The notes under the pieces were generated by a model. The model was not told the origin of the DNA. It saw only the letters and a program-made list of their open reading frames with translations, and made no database searches. Of a stretch of 64,000 bases of DNA, positions 1 through 13,329 are shown piece after piece. The position numbers and the translations under genes are program-made. Within the stretch, counting starts at the first letter, position 1, and every line of letters begins with the position of its first letter. The stretch comes from Eukaryota sp. TZLM1-RC. Lineage: Eukaryota; Protista; Metamonada: BaSk clade. The stretch spans positions 941,658-1,005,657 of the forward strand of contig JAUPSS010000011.1 in NCBI GenBank assembly GCA_040285825.1, written 5' to 3'.

Positions 1-368
1 ATTTTCAGCATTTGAAAGGGGATTATGAATTTCAGAATTAACAAGCCTTTCATTTGAGGCATTACAAGGATCAACAGACATTACATCCAATAAAATAAAG
101 CTTCCATCTCATCCAGGTAATATGACATCACCTCTATTATTCTTATGAAAATCATTTTCAGCATCAAACAGATTTGACAACAGAGGTTCCAAGAAGGATT
201 CAATTCTATGAGATTTACACATACAATATAACTGGTCTCTTACAGCATCATGAACCTTGCTTCTAAAAAGTAATAAAATGTTTACAATTTAACAAATGAG
301 TAGTTGTAATTTCTCGAGAACATTTACAAATTAAATTATGAGGTAAATTATCAGGCCAGATAAAGGAA
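1..368 (-). mobile_element. Family B 3' internal fragment, part of the chimeric 1.85-kb tandem unit; runs off the window
   Basis: Matches the family B finger/RLE region; carries the unit-specific CCTGGATGAGATGG stop variant and the same junction as 8599-8611 and 22989-23002. Confidence 0.9.
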
Positions 369-1126
369 TTTCAAGAATTTTTTTAAATTAATTTTATTTT
401 ATTGTTAAACCACAGTCTAAAAGTCAATATCTTCAAAACAAGCTTCCACACCATCAAACCTTACAGCAGCAATGTTTTCATAATGTGCACTGACAGACAT
501 TAAAGCTTTCGAAATCATTTTAGGAATTGATTTGAAAATAGTAAAAACAATACGATTTAGCCACAAGCGACGATCAAAACGCTTATTCATTCTTTTTTTC
601 ACAAGATTTTCAAAATCATCAATAAAATTCAAAGCAGTTTTTCCAAGACGACCATACAACGATATAGCAAATGGGCAAATTTGGTAATCTACATGGCGAA
701 CATGTTTCAATTCTTTTAAAGGATTTGCATACTTTTTCCGTTTGTACAATTCGGAGTCATCAAGGGAAGATACTTCGGATTGAGCATTTTTCTTTTTTTT
801 TTAATTTAATTTTAATTTATTTTCAAAACCACAGTCTAAAAGTCAATATCTTCAAAACAAGCTTCCACACCATCAAACCTTACAGCAGCAATGTTTTCAT
901 AATGTGCACTGACAGACATTAAAGCTTTCGAAATCATTTTAGGAATTGATTTGAAAATAGTAAAAACAATACGATTTAGCCACAAGCGACGATCAAAACG
1001 CTTATTCATTCTTTTTTTCACAAGATTTTCAAAATCATCAATAAAATTCAAAGCAGTTTTTCCAAGACGACCATACAACGATATAGCAAATGGGCAAATT
1101 TGGTAATCTACATGGCGAACATGCTT

Positions 1127-4100
1127 TAATTTATTGAATTTGCACACTTGATTAAATTAAATCATAACTAATGGGACGACTATCATTAAACCAAGATTTC
1201 CTCTACAAAATCTTGATTTGCTTGCTGTCTAGCTAAAGCTTCTCTAATTCGATTGAAAAACCGCGGTAATCTATTAATAATGGCAAATTGAATCCGTGAA
1301 CGCCATAAAAAAATATCAAATCTTTTCATTGTTTTTTCTTTCACCATTTTTTGGAAGTCATCCAAAAAAGTTTCTGCTTCAACTGATCTTCCTCCTGTTC
1401 CCAATGTTTCTGCTGATGATGTTAATTATGATTTAAATATTGATCAAACTCATTTACCAAAAACTGTTGCTCCTGATCCTACGGATAATGTCTTGAAACA
1501 TAGTTGTCCTTTTTGCAAAAAGTTCCTCTCTAATTCTTCTAATGGTCGCCCTCTCTTGTTTTGTTTTGACTGTCAAACAAGTGATTCTCTTCGTACACCT
1601 GTTAAAATTCCTGTAGAGGTGAGTCCTGCGAGTTCTGTTCCTTTGTCAATGGAAATGCGTTCTTTTTCTTCGCAATTGAAATTAAACAAATGGAACATAA
1701 CAAGATTTTGGAAATTCTTTGCCAAAAAGAATAAGAAGAAAATTAATTACAAACCAAAACAGAGAAAAGCTAATTCATCTTTTCAAGCAAGAAAATTGTT
1801 TTTGAGAGGTAGATATGGAAGCGGATTAAAAAATATTTTTTCGGGAAAACTGGCTGATACCAATCTCGAAACTGTTGAAAAATTGAAATCCCTCCATCCA
1901 ACTGAACATTTTTGCCCCAGTAAGCCTTCTATTTGTCAATATTGGCTCGAAAATCCATTTCAGGCTCAAGAAGTATTGAATGCCGTTGCTAAATTACCAA
2001 AAGGAAAAGCTGCTGGTCCTTCAGGCATTTCCTTTGATTTGTTAAAAACTGCCTGTAAAAATGCTCCTGAAATTGTTGAGGATCTTGCTTCCTATTTTCA
2101 AAATTTAATGTGTTTAAATTATGTTCCTCCGCCTGAATTGACTGCTGCCCGTTTAGTTGCTTTAGTTAAACCTGGTAAAGGTGACAAACCTGATGGAGTT
2201 AGACCAATTGCTATTGGAGAGTCATTAACCAGATTGCTTTCTTCGCTTGTTTTTAACAGAATTTCTACTAAAGCAAGGGACTATTTGAAGCCTTTCCAAT
2301 TTGGTATAAAAACTGTTGAAGGTGCTTCTGTTGCTTCAATGACTTCAGATGTTTTTTTCAATAGTCAACAACATCAATATATTTTCAATTTGGATTTCAA
2401 AAATGCTTTCAATTCTGTGAAACGTAATTGTATTTTTGACCTGCTTCTTCATGATTTTCCTGAACTTTCTGCATATTTTTATTTATTTTATGGAAAAAAA
2501 TCAGACTTAATTTTTGACTCCTTTACCCTTGAATCTTCTTCTGGTGTGAAACAAGGTGATCCTCTTGGCCCTTTGCTGTTTTGTTTGGCTATTCATAATA
2601 TTATTAAAATGACACAACAAGATTTCCCTGATTTGCGTATTGTTGCCTATATGGATGACATTTCTATTATTGGTTCTTTTGAAAGCATTTCTAGGGTCTC
2701 TGAAAACATTGCGGCGAAATACAAAGAAATTGGATTAGCTTTGAACCCATCTAAATGTCTCTTGATTGGTAGAGAAAAACAATCTTTGATGATTGGTGGA
2801 GCTCAGATTCCTTTTATCAATTATGACCAACAAGCTTTTAAGTTTCTTGGATGTTGGCTTGGCAATTTGGATGAAATTTATTCCCAGTTAAACAATTTAT
2901 TGGAGAAGTTTGACAAGGATCTTAGTTTTATTGCTGAATGTGACATTGAGAAACACATCAAATTTTTTATTTTAAAAATTTGTTATTCTGGAAAATTCAC
3001 TCATATTTTAAGGTCAACTCCCCTTCGGTATCTCTCAATTTTTGCAGATCTTTTAACAAACTTCGAGTCAAATTTTTTTCTTTTTTTATTAGAAGTAAAT
3101 GAATCTTTAATTCGAAGTCATGTATTTTGTTCAGCAGATTTGGGTGGCATTGGATTCACCAAATCTTCGATTCTGTGTAAAGCAGCATTTTTGGGAGGTG
3201 GTAAAATTTTGTTTTTGAATTTTTCCAAAGGTTCCCTTTTGATGTTCATCTGATCAATGGTGAATCAAATTTTTATTTGAATCAACTTCAAATCGAATTA
3301 GATAATTTGCCTAGTGATATCTGGATTCAGTGTTTTCCTCAAAATGTTCAAGAAATTCCCACCCGATCACTTCCAAATTTACGTTTTTGCTTGAAAAAGC
3401 CTCAGCACCATCTGGTTAAATTATATGAAGGCTTGGATTATGAAGTAAGACTTGGCTTGGCCAAAACTAAAAATCCCGCTTTCGGTAATTTTTTAAAGGA
3501 TATTCGTGATAGTTCAGCTGCTGTTTTAGTAACTCAAGTTCCCTCTGTTTATGGACTTTTGTTAAAAAACAATGAATGGCTTCTAAACATGCGTTTTCGT
3601 TGTTTTCTGTGGCCAAACAATTTGCCCAATCATTTAACTTGTAAATGTGGTAAACCTCTTTTGTTTACTCATCTTTTGAACTGTAAACATTTCATTACGT
3701 TTAGAAGCAAAGTGCATAATAACGTCAGGGACCAAATTTATGTAATGTGCAAATCATATCGAGTAGATTCCTTTTTAGAACCGCTGTTATCAAAATTAAT
3801 TCTCGATGATCCCAATATTGATAGTACGCGTTACAACAGAGCTTCTATGGGTCTAACTAGAGGTGATCTAGTTGTTCCTGGTTTAAATGGTAGTTTTACT
3901 ATTTTGGACGCCATGTCTATTGACCCTTGTAATTCCTCTAACGAACATTTCATTAACTCGGATGTAAATAATCCTCTTCTTGCAGGCGAAAAATATAAAA
4001 TTGCTAAATATGCGAAACCCATTTCCTCGGTTAATGAAAATTCTCATGCCCAATATAATTTATGTCCATTTGTTTTTTTCTTTGCTTGGATCTCTAGGTA

Positions 4101-4441
4101 AGGCTGCTATGGCTTTCCTTGAGGATTTTGTTGTAGTTGTAAAGGAAAGAACTGGAAGAATTTTCAATCGTGTTTACTGGCAAAACAGGATTGTATTTTC
4201 TATTTTTAAGGGAATGGTAACACTAATTTCTGATTCACTATCTTCTTTTGGGAAATTTTCTGAATCTTTAGCGATTAATTGTTTTGATGTAGGGGAGGCA
4301 GGTTTTGAGGATGTGGAGTTTTAATTGTGTATTTCATATTTGTTGTTGAATAAAAATAAATTGCAAAAAAAAAGCTTCAACTGATAATCTTCCATTTATC
4401 GAAAATGGGAAAGCAATAAAAACCAGCTGTGTATTTCTATA
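1127..4441 (-). mobile_element. Family D 3' fragment (~330 bp) split by a family C insertion
   Basis: Ends VEEILV* plus the D 3' UTR; TSD GCGAACATGCTT (1115-1126 / 4442-4453), with both copies sharing a private SNP relative to other A copies. Confidence 0.9.
1388..4373 (+). mobile_element. Family C element, 5'-truncated, ~3.0 kb, frameshifted RT-RLE ORF
   Basis: ORFs 1493-3253, 3277-4101 and 3980-4324 are collinear with the intact ORF at 33487-36483; A-tail; TSD GCTTCAACTGAT (1376-1387 / 4374-4385). Confidence 0.95.
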
Positions 4442-7400
4442 GCGAACATGCTTCAATTCTTTTAAAGGATTTGCATACTTTTTCCGTTTGTACAATTCGG
4501 AGTCATCAAGGGGGGATACTTCGGATTGAGCATTTTTCAAGGCATTTTTCTTGCATACATCCACTGTTACGACATCAACAACATTCATGACATCATCAAA
4601 CGAGGGCACAACAACATCAGCACGTCGTTTTCCATATTCTGAATCTCTTACGCTTTCATTTATATCAAGAGACCTCAACAAAGGTTCTACAAAAGATTCA
4701 ATATGATAGGAATTACACATTGCATGGATTTGATCTCTGACTGCATCATGCAACGTAGAACGATAGGAAATATATCTATTACAATTAAATAAATGTGATA
4801 ATGTCAAACCAGCTCCACATTTACAAAACAAATCATTGGGCAAATTACAAGGCCATAAATAACAACGCATTCTCATAGCAGTGGTCCATTGGTCGTCATT
4901 CAAAAATAGACCATAAATCTGGGGAATTTGATTTATCAAAACTGCAGATGAACTGTCCTTCAAATCAATCAAAAAATTGGCAAAAGCAGGATTTTCTTTC
5001 TTAGCCGTGCTAAGTCGAACAATAAAATCCTTGTTTTCAAAATTTTTCAAAAGATGTCGTTGGAGCTTTTTCAACGCAAATTTTAATGAATATAAACTTC
5101 TGTCTGGAATTTCTTGAATGGATATGGGGAAACATGATTGCCATAAGTCGGGAGATAAACTGGATATTTCTTCTCTTAAGTTATCCAGGAATATGCTATT
5201 TGTATTTTCAAGAAGATTTTCGGCAAAGGATATCTTCTAGAGAATTCAAATACAAAATTTTTCCACCACCAATAAATGCAGCTTTGGTCAAATATTTTGA
5301 TGAATTGAATCCAACACCACCAAGTTGAACATCAGAAAAAATATGATTTTTCAAAATTGATGGATCAACAGACATTAAATAAGCCAAAAATTGGGTACGT
5401 ATTTTGTTAAATTGTCTACAAAAATTGTAAGTTAGGGATGGAGGTAATGATCGCAGTAAATGAGTAATTTTTCCAGCATAACAAATTTTCAAAAGAAAAA
5501 ACTTAAGATGTTTTTCCAATTCAAGAGTCTTTATGACTTCTAGCTCTTTTTTAATTGAATTTAAATAATTTTCAAGGCTGTCAAGTGTCTTTTCGGCAGA
5601 ACCTAAATAGCAACCCAGAAAGCAGAAACTAGTTGAAGTATAATCAATATATGGAACTTCTAGGGAATTAATTATTAACTGAAAATTTTTCCTAGAAATA
5701 CAAAAACATTTTTGAACATTCAAATCAAGACCTGTGGATTGGTATAATGTAGCAGCTTCATTAGCAACCCTATTAATTGTACTTTCTGGACCAATACAAG
5801 AAATGTCATCCATGTAAGCTACCACTTGAAGGTCAGAATTTTCTTCTTTTAATTTTTTCAAAATTGGGTGAATTGCAAGACAAAAAAAGAAAGGACCTAA
5901 AGGGTCTCCTTGTTTAACTCCTGATAAAGAATCCAGATTAAAAGAATTAAAAATTAAATCAGATGAATTACCATAAAACCTATAAAAAAAGGTTTCGAGT
6001 TCAGGAAAATTTGATTTGATTTCTTTCCAAATTGAATCTCTTTTCACTGAATTGAAAGCATTTTTGAAATCAAGATTAAAAATGCAACTATTTTCGTGAC
6101 AATTGAAAAACAGATCAGATGTCAAAGCTGCAACTGAAGCTCCATCAATGGTTTTGATTCCATATTGGAATGGAGAAAAGTATTCTTTAGCTTTTGTTGA
6201 AACTCGATTAAAAATTACTGAAGACATCAGGCGATAAATGGCTTCACCTATGGCAATTGGGCGAACTTTTCCATTAGGTTTAGTTAAAGCCACTAACCTT
6301 GATGCACTTAATTCTTTGGGTGGAACAATTTTCATTGTCAAAACATCTTGAAAAAAAGGAACATAAATCTTTAATAATAAAGGAATTTTGGCGGCACACA
6401 GATTTCAGCATATCAAAAGTAATTCCAGATGGACCTGGAGCTTTTCCAGATGGAAGACGGAAAATGGCAGTTTCAACTTCTTTTTCAGAAAGTGGATTTT
6501 GTTTCCAAAATTGTGAAGCAGATGGTTTATCCAAATTAAGAAATTCAGCTGGATGCAGATCTACTAATTGATTTACAGTTTCATCAGTCACAGGAGCAAG
6601 ATCAGATGAGAACAGAGCGTTTTTCCCTGAACCATATCTCCCACGTAGCAAAAGTTTTCGTACAGACTTAATCTTGGGTTGTTTCTTTGGAGTGAAAACC
6701 TTTTGGGGACGAAAACCTGATTTATGTTCAAGGAAGAATTTCCAAATAGAAAATATATCCCATTCTCCTTTTTTCAAAGCAAGACTGAATGTTCTAAACG
6801 CAACAGAAAAGGGAACGGAAGCCTTGGGACTGAGAACATTCGGAATCTTACATGGAGGCCGTAATGTATCAAGCGAGGAGCAAACATGGCATACATATAA
6901 ATTATTTTTTAAAATATATCTTTCAGCTTTTTCATTACAAATAGCACAATTATCAATTTGACTTGTTTCAAGGGGAATATCTAACATCACTGCATCATTG
7001 TCTTCTGCAGTGCACTCATCTTTGGGAGGTAAATTAAATTCTAAATTATTTAATTCAGCAGCAGCGGCAGTTACAGAATAAGAAATAGATGGATTTTGAT
7101 AATTTTCACATTTTTTAGAATTCTTTTTATGACCAACTTTATGACAGGATGAGCAACGGGGAACATTTTTCAAGGCATTTTTCTTGCAAACATCCACTGT
7201 TACGACATCAACAACATTCATGACATCATCAACCGAGGGCACAACAACATCAGCACGTCGTTTTCCATATTCTGAATCTCTTACGCTTTCATTTATATCA
7301 AGAGACCTCAACAAAGGTTCTACAAAAGATTCAATATGATAGGAATTACACATTGCATGGATTTGATCTCTGACTGCATCATGCAACGTAGAACGATAGG

Positions 7401-8163
7401 AAATATATCTATTACAATTAAATAAATGTGATAATGTCAAACCAGCTCCACATTTACAAAACAAATCATTGGGCAAATTACAAGGCCATAAATAACAACG
7501 CATTCTCATAGCAGTGGTCCATTGGTCGTCATTCAAAAATAGACCATAAATCTGGGGAATTTGATTTATCAAAACTGCAGATGAACTGTCCTTCAAATCA
7601 ATCAAAAATTGGCAAAAGCAGGATTTTCTTTCTTAGCCGTGCTAAGTCGAACAATAAAATCCTTGTTTTCAAAATTTTTCAAAAGATGTCGTTGGAGCTT
7701 TTTCAATGCAAATTTTAATGAATATAAACTTCTGTCTGGAATTTCTTGAATGGGTATGGGGAAACATGATTGCCATAAGTCGGGAGATAAACTGGATATT
7801 TCTTCTCTTAAGTTATCCAGGAATATGCTATTTGTATTTTCAAGAAGATTTTCGGCAAAAGGATATCTTCTAGAGAATTCAAATACAAAATTTTTTCCAC
7901 CACCAATAAATGCAGCTTTGGTCAAATATTTTGATGAATTGAATCCAACACCGCCAAGTTGAACATCAGAAAAAATATGATTTTTCAAAATTGATGGATC
8001 AACAGACATTAAATAAGCCAAAAATTGGGTACGTATTTTGTTAAATTGTCTACAAAAATTGTAAGTTAGGGATGGAGGTAATGATCGCAGTAAATGAGTA
8101 ATTTTTCCAGCATAACAAATTTTCAAAAGAAAAAACTTAAGATGTTTTTCCAATTCAAGAGTC

Positions 8164-10052
8164 AAATTGTATTTTCCATGCTGTAGACTGGCCAATTTGG
8201 ACAAAGGTTCATTGTATTTTTTGAATTTAAAATTTTCAGCATTTGAAAGGGGATTATGAATTTCAGAATTAACAAGCCTTTCATTTGAGGCATTACAAGG
8301 ATCAACAGACATTACATCCAATAAAATAAAGCTTCCATCTCATCCAGGTAATATGACATCACCTCTATTATTCTTATGAAAATCATTTTCAGCATCAAAC
8401 AGATTTGACAACAGAGGTTCCAAGAAGGATTCAATTCTATGAGATTTACACATACAATATAACTGGTCTCTTACAGCATCATGAACCTTGCTTCTAAAAA
8501 GTAATAAAATGTTTACAATTTAACAAATGAGTAGTTGTAATTTCTCGAGAACATTTACAAATTAAATTATGAGGTAAATTATCAGGCCAGATAAAGGAAT
8601 TTCAAGAATTTTTTTTTAAATTAATTTTATTTTATTGTTAAACCACAGTCTAAAAGTCAATATCTTCAAAACAAGCTTCCACACCATCAAACCTTACAGC
8701 AGCAATGTTTTCATAATGTGCACTGACAGACATTAAAGCTTTCGAAATCATTTTAGGAATTGATTTGAAAATAGTAAAAACAATACGATTTAGCCACAAG
8801 CGACGATCAAAACGCTTATTCATTCTTTTTCTCACAAGATTTTCAAAATCATCAATAAAATTCAAAGCAGTTTTTCCAAGACGACCATACAACGATATAG
8901 CAAATGGGCAAATTTGGTAATCTACATGGCGAACATGTTTCAATTCTTTTTAAAGGATTTGCATACTTTTTCCGTTTGTACAATTCGGAGTCATCAAGGG
9001 AAGATACTTCGGATTGAGCATTTTTCAAGGCATTTTTCTTGCAAACATCCACTGTTACGACATCAACAACATTCATGACATCATCAAACGAGGGCACAAC
9101 AACATCAGCACGTCGTTTTCCATATTCTGAATCTCTTACGCTTTCATTTATATCAAGAGACCTCAACAAAGGTTCTACAAAAGATTCAATATGATAGGAA
9201 TTACACATTGCATGGATTTGATCTCTGACTGCATCATGCAACGTAGAACGATAGGAAATATATCTATTACAATTAAATAAATGTGATAATGTCAAACCAG
9301 CTCCACATTTACAAAACAAATCATTGGGCAAATTACAAGGCCATAAAGAACAACGCATTCTCATAGCAGTGGTCCATTGGTCGTCATTCAAAAATAGACC
9401 ATAAATCTGGGGAATTTGATTTATCAAAACTGCAGATGAACTGTCCTTCAAATCAATCAAAAAATTGGCAAAAGCAGGATTGTCTTTCTTAGCCGTGCTA
9501 AGTCGAACAATAAAATCCTTGTTTTCAAAATTTTTCAAAAGATGTCGTTGGAGCTTTTTCAACGCAAATTTTAATGAATATAAACTTCTGTCTGGAATTT
9601 CCTGAATGGATATGGGGAAACATGATTGCCATAAGTCGGGAGATAAACTGGATATTTCTTCTCTTAAGTTATCCAGGAATATGCTATTTGTATTTTCAAG
9701 AAGATTTTCGGCAAAAGGATATCTTCTAGAGAATTCAAATACAAAATTTTTTCCACCACCAATAAATGCAGCTTTGGTCAAATATTTTGATGAATTGAAT
9801 CCAACACCGCCAAGTTGAACATCAGAAAAAATATGATTTTTCAAAATTGATGGATCAACAGACATTAAATAAGCCAAAAATTGGGTACGTATTTTGTTAA
9901 ATTGTCTACAAAAATTGTAAGTTAGGGATGGAGGTAATGATCGCAGTAAATGAGTAATTTTTCCAGCATAACAAATTTTCAAAAGAAAAAACTTAAGATG
10001 TTTTTCCAATTCAAGAGTCTTTATGACTTCTAGCTCTTTTTTTAATTGAATT
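8164..10052 (-). repeat. Chimeric unit array, minus strand: B fragment (8164-8599) plus A 3' half (8611-10052)
   Basis: Reverse complement of the units at 22989-26802, with identical junctions and diagnostic variants. Confidence 0.9.
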
Positions 10053-10665
10053 TTTTTTTAAAATTTAATTTTATTCTAAACCTATAAATCAACATCTAAA
10101 AAATCCATCTCTCCCAAAACAAAAACACTAGATGCAACTCTCTCATAGTGAGATCCAAGAGAAAGCAAAGCATCAGAAACCATCTTCAACATTCCTTTAA
10201 AAATAGAAAACACAATTCTATTTTCACAAAAGGTTTTCACTCCAAAGAAACAACCCAAGAATAAGACTGTACGAAAACTTTTGCTACGTGGGAGATATGG
10301 TTCAGGGAAAAACGCTCTGTTCTCATCTGATCTTGCTCCTGTGACTGATGAAACTGTAAATCAATTAGTTGATCTGCATGTCATTGGATTTTAGTAATGC
10401 TTTCAATTCGCTAAGTCGTCGCAGTATCCATGGTGCTCTATTGCAATATATGCCAGAATTAATACCATATTTTCAATCAACATATTGCACATATTCTAAT
10501 TTACATTTTGGTAACAACATTTTGATTTCATCAAGTGGCGTAAAGCAAGGAGATCCGTTAGGACCTCTTTTGTTTTGTTTGGCCATTCATCCTATTCTAC
10601 TGCAAATTCAAGAGATGTTTCCTTCACTAAAAATGATTGCATATATGGATGATGTTGTGCTTATT

Positions 10666-10999
10666 TTTTTTTTAAAAAATTTAATTTTATTCTAAACCTA
10701 TAAATCAACATCTAAAAAATCCATCTCTCCCAAAACAAAAACACTAGATGCAACTCTCTCATAGTGAGATCCAAGAGAAAGCAAAGCATCAGAAACCATC
10801 TTCAACATCCCCTTAAAAATAGAAAACACAATTCTATTTTGCCAAAACAATCTGTTGAAATTTCTGCCAGTTCTTCTCTTTACAATCATTTCAAAATCAT
10901 CCAAAAAACGTAAAGCAGTTGGTGCAAGTGAACCAAAAAGGGAAAATACAAATGGATACAAATTGTATTTTGCATGCTGTAGACTGGCTGTAGACTGAC
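10666..10999 (-). mobile_element. Family B 3' fragment (~330 bp)
   Basis: FLDVDL* plus tail; TSD TGTTGTGCTTATT (10653-10665 / 11000-11012). Confidence 0.9.
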
Positions 11000-11651
11000 T
11001 GTTGTGCTTATTGGTGAATTAAATATTGTGAAAAAAGCAACTGTATGTTTTAAAGAATTATTTACCAAAATTGGTCTCCGACTTAATTTACTTAAATGTG
11101 TTTTGTTATCGAATTCTCCAGTTTCCACAATAATTGATGATATTGAAATTCAAGCCAAATTATATTCAATTGATGCTATTCGTCATTTGGGTTCGTTTTT
11201 AGGAAATAATGATGAAATTACCAAAAAATTGTTTGAAAAGTTGAACTCAATTTCTGACAAAATTGACCGAATGATGAATTTAGATATAAAAAAACACATC
11301 AAATTTACCATTATAAGACTGTGTTTTAGTTCCAATTTTAATCATATATTTCGATCTACAAATCCTCTCGTCACTAGACCTTTGGCTCAAAAGTTTAATG
11401 AGTTACGTGCAAAAGTTCTGTCTCAATTACTGGGATGTAAAATGTTTCAAATTCCAGATCATGCTTACCTTAGTCCACAATATGGTGGTTTAGGGTGGAC
11501 GAAGGCTTCTATTCTTACCTCGTGTGCTTTTGTTGGTGGATGCAGAAATGCAATCTTTGAGTTCTCCGAAAGATTTGCAGATTGGGAAGATTTATTGATG
11601 ACAACGCAAAGTTCCACTGTTTTTGCATTAAATGAAGAAATTTCAAGAATT

Positions 11652-12097
11652 TTTTTCTTAAAATTTAATTTTATTCTAATCCTATAAATCAACATCTAAA
11701 AAATCCATCTCTCCCAAAACAAAAACACTAGATGCAACTCTCTCATAGTGAGATCCAAGAGAAAGCAAAGCATCAGAAACCATCTTCAACATCCCCTTAA
11801 AAATAGAAAACACAATTCTATTTTGCCAAAACAATCTGTTGAAATTTCTGCCAGTTCTTCTCTTTACAATCATTTCAAAATCATCCAAAAAACGTAAAGC
11901 AGTTGGTGCAAGTGAACCAAAAAGGGAAAATACAAATGGATACAAATTGTATTTTGCATGCTGTAGACTGGCCAATTTGGACAAAGGTTCATTGTATTTT
12001 TTGAATTTAAAATTTTCAGCATTTGAAAGGGGATTATGAATTTCAGAATTAACAAGCCTTTCATTTGAGGCATTACAAGGATCAACAGACATTACAT
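11652..12097 (-). mobile_element. Family B 3' fragment flanked by a 420-bp duplication of host D
   Basis: ORF 11682-12116; D 11232-11651 is repeated at 12098-12517. Confidence 0.85.
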
Positions 12098-12969
12098 TTT
12101 GGAAAGTTGAACTCAATTTCTGACAAAATTGACCGAATGATGAATTTAGATATAAAAAAACACATCAAATTTACCATTATAAGACTGTGTTTTAGTTCCA
12201 ATTTTAATCATATATTTCGATCTACAAATCCTCTCGTCACTAGACCTTTGGCTCAAAAGTTTAATGAGTTACGTGCAAAAGTTCTGTCTCAATTACTGGG
12301 ATGTAAAATGTTTCAAATTCCAGATCATGCTTACCTTAGTCCACAATATGGTGGTTTAGGGTGGACGAAGGCTTCTATTCTTACCTCGTGTGCTTTTGTT
12401 GGTGGATGCAGAAATGCAATCTTTGAGTTCTCCGAAAGATTTGCAGATTGGGAAGATTTATTGATGACAACGCAAAGTTCCACTGTTTTTGCATTAAATG
12501 AAGAAATTTCAAGAATTGATGTAGAAAAATGGGGTCGATGTTTTCCCCAATCATTCAATGGCAATATTCCAGAAAAAAATGTTTTAAATTTGAAGTACAC
12601 TCTTCGAACATTACAGAAAAGATTGACTGGAATGTATGAAAAAGATCTTTATAATAATATTTGCAGCTCGGCTGTTTTAAATCAAGATCTTCACTCATTG
12701 TTATTGGAAAAGGGTGTTTGTGAAAACAAGGTGTCAGATTCTTCACTTTTTGTAACCATTGTACCACGAAGATTTGGATTGTGTGCTACTAATGAAGCAT
12801 TTGTAACAAAAATGAGATTATATTTGAACATCCCCATTAACCAATTATTATCAAAAGAAAAATGTATTTGTTCGAATTCACCTCAACTCACTTTGCGCCA
12901 TGCTCTAAATTGCTCTAAATTGATAACTTATCGTTCTTCATTACATGATGCTGTTAGAGACACTGTTTT

Positions 12970-13303
12970 TTTTTAATTTTAATTTATTTTCAAAACCACA
13001 GTCTAAAAGTCAATATCTTCAAAACAAGCTTCCACACCATCAAACCTTACAGCAGCAATGTTTTCATAATGTGCACTGACAGACATTAAAGCTTTCGAAA
13101 TCATTTTAGGAATTGATTTGAAAATAGTAAAAACAATACGATTTAGCCACAAGCCACGATCAAAACGCTTATTCATTCTTTTTTTTCACAAGATTTTCAA
13201 AATCATCAATAAAATTCAAAGCAGTTTTTCCAAGACGACCATACAACGATATAGCAAATGGGCAAATTTGGTAATCTACATGGCGAACATGTTTCAATTC
13301 TTA
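12970..13303 (-). mobile_element. Family A 3' fragment (~330 bp)
   Basis: A 3' end and tail; TSD ACACTGTTTT (12960-12969 / 13304-13313). Confidence 0.9.
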
Positions 13304-13329
13304 ACACTGTTTTCAATATGGCACAAACT

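Larger units (their letters stand above)
793..7163 (-). mobile_element. Near-full-length family A non-LTR retrotransposon interrupted by D and C
   Basis: ORF pieces 6280-7163, 5208-6341, 4442-5074 and 836-1126 give knuckle, RT (YMDD), finger and RLE; A-tail at ~793-802; 8-bp TSD. Confidence 0.9.
380..8163 (-). mobile_element. Family A 3' half (pieces 380-792 and 7164-8163) split by a younger family A insertion
   Basis: The two pieces rejoin across TSD CATTTTTC (785-792 / 7164-7171); ends in FEDIDF*, AATAAA and an A-tail. Confidence 0.85.
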
